IMG/VR virus record: IMGVR_UViG_3300030372_003832
Span: 1-24,600 of that record
DNA: 24,600 nucleotides
Source: a virus
Lineage: Duplodnaviria > Caudoviricetes
Direction: 5' to 3' (one strand)
In this document: positions 17,051 to 24,600 of the stretch, in pieces
Position numbering within the stretch: the stretch's first letter is position 1
How the letters are laid out: each line of letters starts with the position of its first letter
Notes under the pieces: model-generated
The model's database searches: none
Told to the model about the DNA's origin: nothing
The model's input: only the letters and a program-made list of their open reading frames with translations
Position numbers and translations under genes: made by a program

Positions 17051-18280
17051 ATGAAAAGTAAATATCTTGATTATCAGGATGAGATATTAGAACTTTTTGA
17101 TAATGGAGCAAACTACAATGAAATATCGGCTTACCTGATTGATTCATATAAGCTTGATGTTTCAGTAGATTATCTAAGAAAAATAATAAAAGAGATTGTT
17201 CATTTTCTTATTGCTGATGCTGATATTGTCAAATACAATATAAAACTGGCAAAACAAAAACAGAAATTTCAGGATTTAAACAGAATAGAAAGAAAAGCAT
17301 TTAGAGAGGATTCAAGACAAGAAAACGCATTAATAGAGTATAACACCGAAATCATAAAACTATTAAACAAACACTCTCTAAACACTAAAATAAACAAAAA
17401 GAAACACAAAACAGAAGCTGCAATTGTTGTGCAACTTGCAGATTTACATTTAAACGAACTTGTTGAGATTGAAAGTAATAAATATGACTTCAATGTTGCG
17501 GCTAAAAGATTACAAAAATACGCTTATAAAGTTAAAGAATATGTTAAATTCCATAAGGCAAATAAGGTATTGGTTGCTATTACTGGCGACCTGATTAACA
17601 GTGATCGGCGGCTCGATGAAAAATTGTCAATGGCTACAAATAGAGCAAAAGCAACATTTCTTGGTGTTCATTTATTAAAATATTTCATATTAGATATTAA
17701 TGAGGTTGCAGAAGTTCAGGTTTGTTGCGTTACAGGAAACGAATCAAGAATAACAGAATTTTGCGGGTGGATAGATATGGTTGCAAGTGACAACTACGAT
17801 TTTTCAATATTTGAAATGTTGAGGTTGTTACTTCCTGATATTAATTTTTTAAGAGGAGATGCTCTTGAATTAGTTGTTGAGATTAATGGAAAAAATATGC
17901 TTGTAATTCATGGCCATCAATTAGGAAAAATGGATGCTAATCAAGTTGGAAGAGTTGTTTCTAAATACAGTGCAAAGGGAACAATAATAGATTTTATTAT
18001 ATGTGGCCATTTACATGAAACTATGATTAGAGATAATATTGCAAGAAGCGCTTCTTTAGTTGGCTCTAATGCGTATAGTGAAAACGCTTTGAATTTAAGT
18101 GGAACAGCTGCTCAGAACATCTATTGCTTTACAGATGATGGCAGACATGATATAAGGATTGATTTACAAGAAACAGATGGATGGGATGGATATGATATAA
18201 AAGAAGAGTTATTTGCTTACAATGCAAAAAGTGCACAAAAAACACATAAAAAGGAAACAATATTTAAAATAATTATTTAA
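17051..18280 (+). CDS. Calcineurin-like metallophosphoesterase with N-terminal helical/coiled-coil region
   Basis: Motifs DLH, GDLI, GNE, HGH, GHLH in canonical order. Confidence 0.85.
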   Translation: MKSKYLDYQDEILELFDNGANYNEISAYLIDSYKLDVSVDYLRKIIKEIVHFLIADADIVKYNIKLAKQKQKFQDLNRIERKAFREDSRQENALIEYNTEIIKLLNKHSLNTKINKKKHKTEAAIVVQLADLHLNELVEIESNKYDFNVAAKRLQKYAYKVKEYVKFHKANKVLVAITGDLINSDRRLDEKLSMATNRAKATFLGVHLLKYFILDINEVAEVQVCCVTGNESRITEFCGWIDMVASDNYDFSIFEMLRLLLPDINFLRGDALELVVEINGKNMLVIHGHQLGKMDANQVGRVVSKYSAKGTIIDFIICGHLHETMIRDNIARSASLVGSNAYSENALNLSGTAAQNIYCFTDDGRHDIRIDLQETDGWDGYDIKEELFAYNAKSAQKTHKKETIFKIII

Positions 18281-18318
18281 TATTGCAATGTTTTTGTAAG
18301 ACATTAGTTATTTAGTTG

Positions 18319-18362
18319 AAAAGGGGGTTGAATTTTTAAAGGGGATTCAGCCTCTTTTTTTT
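18319..18362 (+). terminator. Intrinsic terminator closing the late region
   Basis: GGGGGTTGAAT/ATTCAGCCTCT stem with G-U pairs, followed by a T run. Confidence 0.8.
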
Positions 18363-18376
18363 AATTAACTTTTTAT

Positions 18377-18420
18377 TGTTAATAACTCAACGTTCTTACA
18401 CTGTAAAAGTGTCAATAACT
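18377..18420. promoter_or_regulatory. Operator-like direct repeat TGT(T/C)AATAACT
   Basis: Copies at 18377-18387 and 18410-18420 (33-bp period) directly upstream of the early promoter. Confidence 0.55.
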
Positions 18421-18424
18421 TTCT

Positions 18425-18432
18425 TATTTTTG
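18425..18432 (+). promoter_or_regulatory. Early promoter -7 box (Bacteroidota sigma-A type)
   Basis: TATTTTTG matches TAnnTTTG; lies after a terminator and 27 nt before ATG 18460. Confidence 0.65.
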
Positions 18433-18459
18433 TGGTGTTATTAATTAAAACTAAATAAA

Positions 18460-18666
18460 ATGTATAAAATTACTCACAAGAAAACAGGATTCATTCATTA
18501 CTTTAATACTAAAGAAACAGCTGATTTTGTAAATAAAAATGGAGCTGATAAATACACAGTTGAAGAAATAAAAACAATTAATAAATCAGAAATAATATGG
18601 GGAGCAATTGGTGTTTTGATGATGTCAATATTTACTCTTGCTTTTATTTATTATGCAACTAACTAA
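18460..18666 (+). CDS. Hypothetical protein with C-terminal transmembrane helix
   Basis: IIWGAIGVLMMSIFTLAFIYYA; first gene after the early promoter. Confidence 0.7.
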   Translation: MYKITHKKTGFIHYFNTKETADFVNKNGADKYTVEEIKTINKSEIIWGAIGVLMMSIFTLAFIYYATN

Positions 18667-18670
18667 AAAT

Positions 18671-19018
18671 ATGGAAAAGAAATTACAAGAAGTAAGATTT
18701 GCTTTAATGACAATGTTTGAAGTTCTGGAAAAAGATATTGTTGAAATGAATAGTAGAAAGCAAGCTAATGTTTATGCGAGAATGTTTTATAATTACTATT
18801 TATGGAAGATTCAGAAAGTTCCTCATAATCATATAAAATCCTATATTAAAGGAATGCATCATGCAACAAGTATTTATTTAAAAAATAAATTAGAACATGA
18901 TATGAAGATTTATGATTCTGTTGATATGGAATGGAAAACATTTATGTTTTTTGCTGACTACAAATCTTGGAAACAAATTGAAGAAATTAAATATACTCAA
19001 TCTAAATATATAATATAA
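18671..19018 (+). CDS. DnaA domain IV (Bac_DnaA_C)-like DNA-binding protein
   Basis: SRKQANVYARMFYNYYL...HHATSIY resembles SR....V.ARQIAMYL...DHTTV.H; ATG 18671 preferred over track start 18638. Confidence 0.55.
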   Translation: MEKKLQEVRFALMTMFEVLEKDIVEMNSRKQANVYARMFYNYYLWKIQKVPHNHIKSYIKGMHHATSIYLKNKLEHDMKIYDSVDMEWKTFMFFADYKSWKQIEEIKYTQSKYII

Positions 19019-19028
19019 ATTAAAAAAA

Positions 19029-19634
19029 ATGAAAGGAATTATAATTAAAGGAAACACCGAAACAAAAAGAGAAATTGTTCCAAGTGGAACGCATATTGCC
19101 AGATGTTATTCAATGATTCATATTGGAACAGTTGAATGGGAATGGCAAGGAGAAACAAAATATTCAAATAAAATAAGATTATCATTTGAATTACCTAATG
19201 AAATGAGAGATTATGCAGGAGAAGATAAACCAATGGTTATCTCAAAAGAATATACTTTATCTTTACATGAGAAATCTAATTTAAGAAGAGATTTGGAAGG
19301 ATGGAGAGGAAAGGCTTTTAATTCTAAAGAATTATCCTCTTTTGATATTACCAACTTAATAAGCAAAGAATGTAATATATCTATCATTCATAAAACTTCT
19401 AAAAGTGGAAATGAGTTTGCTCAAATTGGTAGTATATCAGCAATCGCAAAAGGAACAGAAGCTCCAAAACAAATTAATGAATCTTTTATTTTTAATTATG
19501 AAGATAATTTTAATGAAGAATGGCTTGAATTACAGCCTGAATGGATAAAAGAACAGATTAAAAATACTGATGAATATAACAATAAAATGAATCAAAAGAA
19601 ACTTAATGATTCAATTGATGATATGCCTTTCTAA
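19029..19634 (+). CDS. Putative ssDNA-binding/replication protein (NGO0469-like family)
   Basis: PSGTHIARCY, SKEYTLSLHEKSNLRRDLEGWRG; SSB-like acidic tip DDMPF. Confidence 0.7.
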   Translation: MKGIIIKGNTETKREIVPSGTHIARCYSMIHIGTVEWEWQGETKYSNKIRLSFELPNEMRDYAGEDKPMVISKEYTLSLHEKSNLRRDLEGWRGKAFNSKELSSFDITNLISKECNISIIHKTSKSGNEFAQIGSISAIAKGTEAPKQINESFIFNYEDNFNEEWLELQPEWIKEQIKNTDEYNNKMNQKKLNDSIDDMPF

Positions 19635-19795
19635 TGAATCCAATTACAAAAGCTAGGCTAATCTCAAACGAGATAACAAATAACGTATATTCTCAAAATA
19701 AATTATTAGAAGTTTTAGCTCACTATTTAACAGCAAAAGAAATAGAAATATTATTTAAAAAATTAAAATTATGCTCAGAGGATTTGAAAAAATAA
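19634..19795 (+). CDS. Hypothetical protein (53 aa; not in ORF track)
   Basis: MNPITKARLISNEITNN...; TAATG coupling to the upstream stop; fills the gap. Confidence 0.55.
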   Translation: MNPITKARLISNEITNNVYSQNKLLEVLAHYLTAKEIEILFKKLKLCSEDLKK

Positions 19796-20142
19796 CAGTT
19801 GAATTAACAGATGATGAACTTAAAAAAGTTCCAACGATTGTTAAGGGGATTCAAAAAAGAATTGGTAAAGAGAATGCGGTTACTTCTAAAATTATTTGTG
19901 ATAAAATGAATTTAATTGGTGTTAGATTAAGAAAGATCATTCACTATATTAGAGTTAAAAATTTAATTTCAGGATTGTGTTCTAATTCTAAAGGTTATTA
20001 TGTTGCAAAGAATATTAAAGAGCTTGAAGATAATAATAAAAGCCTACAACAAAGAATTGCATCTCAAATTGATATTTTAAACGCTCTTGAAAGACAAACC
20101 ATCATGTTTGGAGGAACAGGAGAACAAACAGATTTTGAATAA
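19771..20142 (+). CDS. Putative winged-helix DNA-binding protein
   Basis: GKENAVTSKII...RLRKIIHYIR...SNSKGYYVA helix-helix-wing pattern plus coiled coil. Confidence 0.65.
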   Translation: MLRGFEKITVELTDDELKKVPTIVKGIQKRIGKENAVTSKIICDKMNLIGVRLRKIIHYIRVKNLISGLCSNSKGYYVAKNIKELEDNNKSLQQRIASQIDILNALERQTIMFGGTGEQTDFE

Positions 20143-20336
20143 TGAAATATTTTTTTATAACATTTAGATTAATAGATTATAATAAAAACACCTTATTAAT
20201 ATCTGAATATTATAATAATGATCAGTTTTCAGCGGTTTATAAAAGAATTTTTAAAATATTTTTTATTAGAATATCTAAAACTTATAAGGGATTTGAATGT
20301 TACACAAAAGCAATAGAGAAATTAAATGAATATTAA
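20142..20336 (+). CDS. Hypothetical protein (64 aa)
   Basis: Translationally coupled ORF; no motif recognised. Confidence 0.5.
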   Translation: MKYFFITFRLIDYNKNTLLISEYYNNDQFSAVYKRIFKIFFIRISKTYKGFECYTKAIEKLNEY

Positions 20337-20970
20337 AAGAATCCAAAAAATTAAAAACTATTCTATTATTTCAAATGAAATATTGAGAAGAAAAGATTTA
20401 AGTTTAAAAGCAAAAGGATTGATGAGTTTAATATTGTCTTTACCTGATTCTTGGGAATTAACAGTCAATGGATTGGTAGAGATATTAAAAGAGTCTAAAA
20501 ACACTGTTTACACTGTTTTAAAGGAACTTAATCAACTTGGATATGTAGAGCGTCAAAGAATAACAGATAAATCAGGAAAAGTCCTTAAATGGGATTTAAT
20601 TGTTTATGAGAATCCACTTACCAAAAAGCCACAACTTAAAAAACCAGATGTGGAAAACTGCACACAAATAATAACTGATAATAAAATAAATACTAATTTA
20701 AATAAGAAATATTGGATTGATGAAGTTGAAGAGTTAAATTATCCAAAAGAAACAAAGGAAGATTTTATTGAATATTGGAGCGAGGAATCTAAAACAGGCA
20801 AAACAAAACAATCAATGCAAAAAACATGGAACACCGCTAGGCGTTTAAAAACATGGGCTAAAAATGAAAAGAATTGGAACAGAACAAAAACATCAAAGAT
20901 TGATTCTCAAATTGATTCTTATGTTGGAGCATTAAATTTATTAGAACAGAAATATGAAAACTGTAAATAG
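20326..20970 (+). CDS. Replication initiator/replisome organiser with N-terminal HTH
   Basis: NYSIISNEIL...LSLKAKGL...LPDSW, LKELNQLGYVER; low-complexity linker; C-terminal FIEYW...TWNTARRLKTW. Confidence 0.8.
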   Translation: MNIKRIQKIKNYSIISNEILRRKDLSLKAKGLMSLILSLPDSWELTVNGLVEILKESKNTVYTVLKELNQLGYVERQRITDKSGKVLKWDLIVYENPLTKKPQLKKPDVENCTQIITDNKINTNLNKKYWIDEVEELNYPKETKEDFIEYWSEESKTGKTKQSMQKTWNTARRLKTWAKNEKNWNRTKTSKIDSQIDSYVGALNLLEQKYENCK

Positions 20971-21808
20971 CATAAGCGGAGGAAAAACTTCAGCATATAT
21001 TGCAGCTAATTATTCAGCTGATTATAATGTGTTTGCTTTAGTGCGGACTAATGATAAAAAATGTATATTTCCTGACAAAAAACTAAGACAAATTGTTTCA
21101 GATAAAATTGGAACTGAATTTATTGGAACTTTAGAAATGGATAATATAATTTATACTATTTTAGACTTAGAGCAGTATATAGGTCAAAAAATAGATTGGG
21201 TGTCTGGAGAAACTTTTGATGAAGTAGTAAAAAAAAATGGAATGTTGCCCTCTCCTCTCAGAAGATATTGCACAGCTGAATTAAAAATGAAACCTATGTT
21301 TAATTGGTGGATAAAAACTATTGGGGAGCCATCTTTATTTAGAATTGGATTCAGAGCAAACGAGCAAAGAAGAGCGAATAATGTTATTAAAAAATATAAT
21401 AAAAATGGATTTTTAGAATTTAAGCATATTATTGGAAAGCATGAAAATGGCAAGAACAAATGGAAAACGACAGAGTGGCAAAGACAAGAATATCCATTAA
21501 TATCATTAGAAAATCCAATATATAAGGATGATATTGAAAGTTATTGGAATGATAAGCCAGTAAGATTTGCAGAGATTAATAATTGCGTTGGATGTTTTCA
21601 TAGAAGCGTTCCATTATTAAAAAAAATGTGGCAAACACATACTAACAAAATGCAATTCTTCTCAGACTTAGAAGAAGGAAGGATATATAAAAATGATACA
21701 TTAAAAGCTAATGAGATAAAGTATGAAAAAATAAAAAAATGGAAATTACAAACAGAATTATCATTTGATGAATTTAATGATTGTGATTCAGGATATTGTG
21801 GCTTATGA
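20954..21808 (+). CDS. PAPS-reductase-like (adenine nucleotide alpha-hydrolase) protein
   Basis: PP-loop SISGGKTS, RYCTAELK, IGFRANE, NCVGCF, terminal CDSGYC. Confidence 0.8.
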   Translation: MKTVNSISGGKTSAYIAANYSADYNVFALVRTNDKKCIFPDKKLRQIVSDKIGTEFIGTLEMDNIIYTILDLEQYIGQKIDWVSGETFDEVVKKNGMLPSPLRRYCTAELKMKPMFNWWIKTIGEPSLFRIGFRANEQRRANNVIKKYNKNGFLEFKHIIGKHENGKNKWKTTEWQRQEYPLISLENPIYKDDIESYWNDKPVRFAEINNCVGCFHRSVPLLKKMWQTHTNKMQFFSDLEEGRIYKNDTLKANEIKYEKIKKWKLQTELSFDEFNDCDSGYCGL

Positions 21809-22164
21809 AAGAACTAACTAAACAATGCATTGGACTAATATCAAAAACATTAGTTCAATTAGGTCAAACAAAAACTGATAAAGATATTTTAATTTTAGCC
21901 TCTACTCTTGCAGAAGATTTAATGAGAGATTTTGGAAGTATGACTTGGCCTGATGTTGAGGAGGCTTTTAGAACAGGGATAAGGGGAGATAGATTTGCTT
22001 TAAATGTTCAAACTTATTATCATTGGTTAAGAGCTCAAAAGAAATTAATTGATGAAGAAATATGGAAAAAAAATAATCAAGTTACATATAGGCCTGATAA
22101 AAGAATGATTTACAGAAGTAAAAAAGGAACAGGGCTTTTAACTATTAAAAAACTATTAAAATGA
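21805..22164 (+). CDS. Hypothetical replication-associated protein (possible helicase loader)
   Basis: ATGA overlap at 21805-21808; helical, DVEEAFRTGIRG; position downstream of the initiator. Confidence 0.5.
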   Translation: MKELTKQCIGLISKTLVQLGQTKTDKDILILASTLAEDLMRDFGSMTWPDVEEAFRTGIRGDRFALNVQTYYHWLRAQKKLIDEEIWKKNNQVTYRPDKRMIYRSKKGTGLLTIKKLLK

Positions 22165-22379
22165 TTAATGAAACTGATTGGATAAATGCAACAAGAAATT
22201 CTTATGGAGATGATCCAAGAGAATTTAAAGATGAAATTGAACACTATTGCAAAACTTGTGGGATGGAAGAGGTTGAGGAAAGAGGAGAAGAATGTGATGA
22301 ATGCTGGGAAACAATGTGTAAATGTGGGAAAAATAAAAAGATGGAAGATTATGAAATGTGTAAAGGATGTTTGTCATGA
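22161..22379 (+). CDS. Cys-rich acidic Zn-finger-like protein
   Basis: CKTC, CDEC, CKCG, CKGC; ATGA coupling at both ends. Confidence 0.65.
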   Translation: MINETDWINATRNSYGDDPREFKDEIEHYCKTCGMEEVEERGEECDECWETMCKCGKNKKMEDYEMCKGCLS

Positions 22380-22612
22380 GAAAACCACACAAACAAACAA
22401 AGATTCATTCTCAGTTGCATAGATTTTTAAATGAAGAGGGTTTAAGCAATGTTATGATTGCTGATATATTAAACCTTTCAACTTCTAATTCTATTAGTTT
22501 AAAAAAATATATGATGAATCCTAAAAAATTGAGAATTGAAAATATATATAATATTTGTGATTATACTGATGTCTCATTTGATTTCGTTATTTCAATAATA
22601 GAAGATAATTAA
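22376..22612 (+). CDS. XRE/Cro-like HTH protein
   Basis: GLSNVMIADILNLS...NPKKLRIENIYNICD; ATG 22376 overlaps the upstream stop. Confidence 0.6.
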   Translation: MRKPHKQTKIHSQLHRFLNEEGLSNVMIADILNLSTSNSISLKKYMMNPKKLRIENIYNICDYTDVSFDFVISIIEDN

Positions 22613-22666
22613 CAAAATGATGTTTACAACTTTTTAAACAAAAGAAACATATTTAATTTTTATTTA

Positions 22667-22674
22667 TAAATTTG
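22667..22674 (+). promoter_or_regulatory. Promoter -7 box
   Basis: TAAATTTG matches TAnnTTTG in an intergenic gap. Confidence 0.55.
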
Positions 22675-22678
22675 TAAC

Positions 22679-22813
22679 ATGAAAACAATAAAATCAATAT
22701 TATCTATTTTTAGCAATATGATTAATATAATTTTATTAACACCAATCATAATATTCGTTTACATAATTAAAACAATAATACAAACAATTGAAAGCTTTTG
22801 GAAAAATAGTTAA
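22679..22813 (+). CDS. Small hydrophobic membrane peptide (44 aa; not in ORF track)
   Basis: MKTIKSILSIFSNMINIILLTPIIIFVYIIKTIIQTIESFWKNS. Confidence 0.5.
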   Translation: MKTIKSILSIFSNMINIILLTPIIIFVYIIKTIIQTIESFWKNS

Positions 22814-23168
22814 AGGCAAAATTATATTTGATGATAGAGCTAAATTCTTAAATGATGTATCTAAATTTGAGGATGATATAAAAGTTGTTATTGAAGTGAG
22901 AGAAGCTAAAGATATTAGAACAAATGCTCAGAATCGCTTATGGTGGAAATGGATTGATATTATTTCAAGTGAAACAGGAAATGATAAAACAGAAATTCAT
23001 TCAATATTAAAATATAAATTTTTACTTAGAGAAGAAATAATTGATGGAGAGATTCATCAGGGTTTAAAAAGCACAACAACATTAAGTAAAGAAGAGTTTG
23101 CCAAATTAACTCAGGATGTTTTCTTTTGGGCAAATGATACGTTAAATATAAATCTTCCAAATGAGTGA
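22788..23168 (+). CDS. NinB/Orf-like recombination protein
   Basis: RTNAQNRLWW, IHSILK, STTTLSKEEF; TTG start. Confidence 0.7.
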   Translation: MKAFGKIVKGKIIFDDRAKFLNDVSKFEDDIKVVIEVREAKDIRTNAQNRLWWKWIDIISSETGNDKTEIHSILKYKFLLREEIIDGEIHQGLKSTTTLSKEEFAKLTQDVFFWANDTLNINLPNE

Positions 23169-23505
23169 AGATAGACTACAATCCGAAGTTATTAAATATA
23201 TAAGATTTCAATATCCTAAAGTTAAATATTGCGCATCAGCTGGTGGCGTTTACACTGGAATATCTCAAGCCAGAAAAATGGTTAGAACAGGATATGTTAA
23301 AGGCTTTCCTGATTTATTTATATATGAAGCTCGGAATGGTTATCATGGTTTAGCTCTTGAAATTAAAACAATAAAAGGAAGAGCTACAAAGGAACAGAAG
23401 CAATGGATAGAAGATTTAAATGAAAGAGGATATAAAGCTGAGGTTGTTAAAGGGCTTCCAGCTATATTAGATTTAATTGATAGTTATCTTAATGAAAAAG
23501 ATTAG
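23161..23505 (+). CDS. VRR-NUC family PD-(D/E)xK nuclease (probable Holliday junction resolvase)
   Basis: SEDRLQ, GFPDL, LEIKT, GRATKEQKQW. Confidence 0.88.
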   Translation: MSEDRLQSEVIKYIRFQYPKVKYCASAGGVYTGISQARKMVRTGYVKGFPDLFIYEARNGYHGLALEIKTIKGRATKEQKQWIEDLNERGYKAEVVKGLPAILDLIDSYLNEKD

Positions 23506-23821
23506 CGATAAACAAAAGAAAGAGAATAGAAAATTATCTTCTGTTTATAAAGAGATAGCAGAAGAAAGAGGCCATTATTGTTCAGGCTGTGGAAAATCAA
23601 ATGTTCCATTATCTCATTCTCATTTAATTCCAAGAAGTAGAAGAAAAGATTTGGTTACAGATAAAAGAAATATAACATATCATTGCTTAAGTATTGGAGA
23701 GCATAAAGGGTGCCATGATTTATGGGAATCAAAAGATAGAGTGAAGCTTTTAGATTATCATAAGAACATGGAATATATATTAGAAGTAGATACTGAATAT
23801 TATTTTTTAATAAGTGAATGA
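23492..23821 (+). CDS. HNH-like/Zn-binding nuclease
   Basis: CSGC, SHSHLIPRS, NITYHC...GCHDLWE; ATG 23492 preferred. Confidence 0.65.
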   Translation: MKKISDKQKKENRKLSSVYKEIAEERGHYCSGCGKSNVPLSHSHLIPRSRRKDLVTDKRNITYHCLSIGEHKGCHDLWESKDRVKLLDYHKNMEYILEVDTEYYFLISE

Positions 23822-23949
23822 TGGCTAAGAAACGAAAGTTAAACAGTAAAAATCCTAAATATAATAAAGAGTTAAAAGAAACTCAATGGAGAAAGAAAAT
23901 ATTAATTAGAGAAGTTAAAGGCGTTAAAGTATATTATTGCTGGGAATAA
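23821..23949 (+). CDS. Small basic hypothetical protein (42 aa; not in ORF track)
   Basis: MAKKRKLNSKNPKYNKELKETQWRKKILIREVKGVKVYYCWE; TGATG coupling. Confidence 0.6.
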   Translation: MAKKRKLNSKNPKYNKELKETQWRKKILIREVKGVKVYYCWE

Positions 23950-24047
23950 TGATTGAATTTATATTTATATATTTAATTGGAATATTATCAGGAATATATA
24001 TAACAACTCAAATAGAAAAAGATATTAATGAAAAAACAAACAAATGA
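23949..24047 (+). CDS. Small membrane peptide (32 aa; not in ORF track)
   Basis: MIEFIFIYLIGILSGIYITTQIEKDINEKTNK; coupled at both ends (TAATG, ATGA). Confidence 0.55.
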   Translation: MIEFIFIYLIGILSGIYITTQIEKDINEKTNK

Positions 24048-24223
24048 AATTTACTAATATTAAAAACATATTACGAAAACAAATTGAAAATAATGTTGAA
24101 GCGTTTTGGGTGTTCCATCAAGAGAGCATGGAATTTATTCAAGTTCATAAAGAAGGTGGAGGAAAATATCCTGTTTACAGTCCTAAACAATTATTATACT
24201 TTTTGAATGCCTACACTGCCTAA
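24044..24223 (+). CDS. Hypothetical protein (59 aa; not in ORF track)
   Basis: MKFTNIKNILRKQIENNVEAFWVF...; ATGA coupling. Confidence 0.6.
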   Translation: MKFTNIKNILRKQIENNVEAFWVFHQESMEFIQVHKEGGGKYPVYSPKQLLYFLNAYTA

Positions 24224-24539
24224 AGGAAAGAAGAGGCCATGGATTCCTGAAAAGCCTAAGCACATGAGAGAAGTAGATAACGCTTCATTCTATAATAGTA
24301 AACGATGGAGAGCATTAAGGAATTACTTTATACAAAAGAATCCAATTTGTAAAATTTGTCAAAGTAAAGGAATAATTAAATCTGCTCAATGTGTTGACCA
24401 TATAAAACCTATAACAATTGGAGGAAGTCAAGTTGATATAAACAATTTACAATCTTTATGTAATAGTTGCCATGCCAAAAAATCTTCAAGGGAAGGAGCA
24501 GAAAAAAGAAACAACACTAAGATATACAAAAGAAAATAA
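24207..24539 (+). CDS. Terminase-associated HNH endonuclease (HK97 gp74-like)
   Basis: FYNSKRWRALR, PICKIC, VDHIKP, NLQSLCNSCHAKK; precedes terS if the ends are joined. Confidence 0.9.
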   Translation: MPTLPKGKKRPWIPEKPKHMREVDNASFYNSKRWRALRNYFIQKNPICKICQSKGIIKSAQCVDHIKPITIGGSQVDINNLQSLCNSCHAKKSSREGAEKRNNTKIYKRK

Positions 24540-24559
24540 AAAAAAATAAAAAAAATTAT

Positions 24560-24600
24560 GGGAGGGGGGTTGAAATCTTAAATATGGTTATTCTAAACAT
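24560..24600 (+). other. G-rich tract near the probable cos/packaging region
   Basis: GGGAGGGGGG-TTGAAATC in AT-rich DNA right after the HNH gene. Confidence 0.45.

Larger units (their letters stand above)
1..24600 (+). mobile_element. Near-complete HK97-like siphovirus genome, probable Bacteroidota host
   Basis: Full head-neck-tail-lysis-replication gene set on one strand; begins just upstream of terS and ends just after an HNH gene; no host genes; A-rich non-SD starts and TAnnTTTG promoters. Confidence 0.93.

Noticed and set aside
131-21459. All minus-strand ORFs in the track (e.g. 4574..4915, 9589..9921, 12139..12429, 21184..21459)
   Set aside because: Almost all lie antisense to well-supported + strand genes, and they show Phe/Leu/Ser-rich shadow composition with no motifs
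1-24600. Integrase, reverse transcriptase/DGR, tRNA genes, introns/inteins, stop-codon reassignment
   Set aside because: No such motifs seen by eye; core genes have normal lengths and pack tightly under the standard code

Overview
The window is an AT-rich (roughly 30% GC by eye) tailed-phage genome of the HK97/lambda-like siphovirus type. It looks complete or nearly complete, with every credible gene on the + strand. Gene order: small Zn-ribbon ORF, TerS, TerL, portal, prohead protease, major capsid, neck genes, tail completion protein fused to a LamG domain, tail tube, frameshifted tail chaperones, tape measure, two distal tail proteins, lysis cassette (two holin-like ORFs, M15 peptidase, a secreted 8-strand beta-barrel-like protein), metallophosphoesterase, terminator. 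An early region follows (DnaA-domain-IV-like protein, SSB-like protein, wHTH, replication initiator, PAPS-reductase-like protein, HTH, NinB-like, VRR-NUC, HNH-like), ending in a terminase-associated HNH and a G-rich cos-proximal tract. A-rich translation starts without Shine-Dalgarno motifs, TAnnTTTG promoters and an A|Q signal peptide point to a Bacteroidota (probably Flavobacteriia) host. No integrase, DNA polymerase or helicase is visible. The most interesting signals are non-coding: tandem dif-like (XerCD) sites between terL and portal, two H-type pseudoknot candidates in late intergenic spacers, a candidate small RNA antisense to the start of the first early gene, and DnaA-box-like repeats beside the promoter that drives a DnaA-domain-IV-like gene. 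All family assignments come from motif recognition and synteny; no database search was run.
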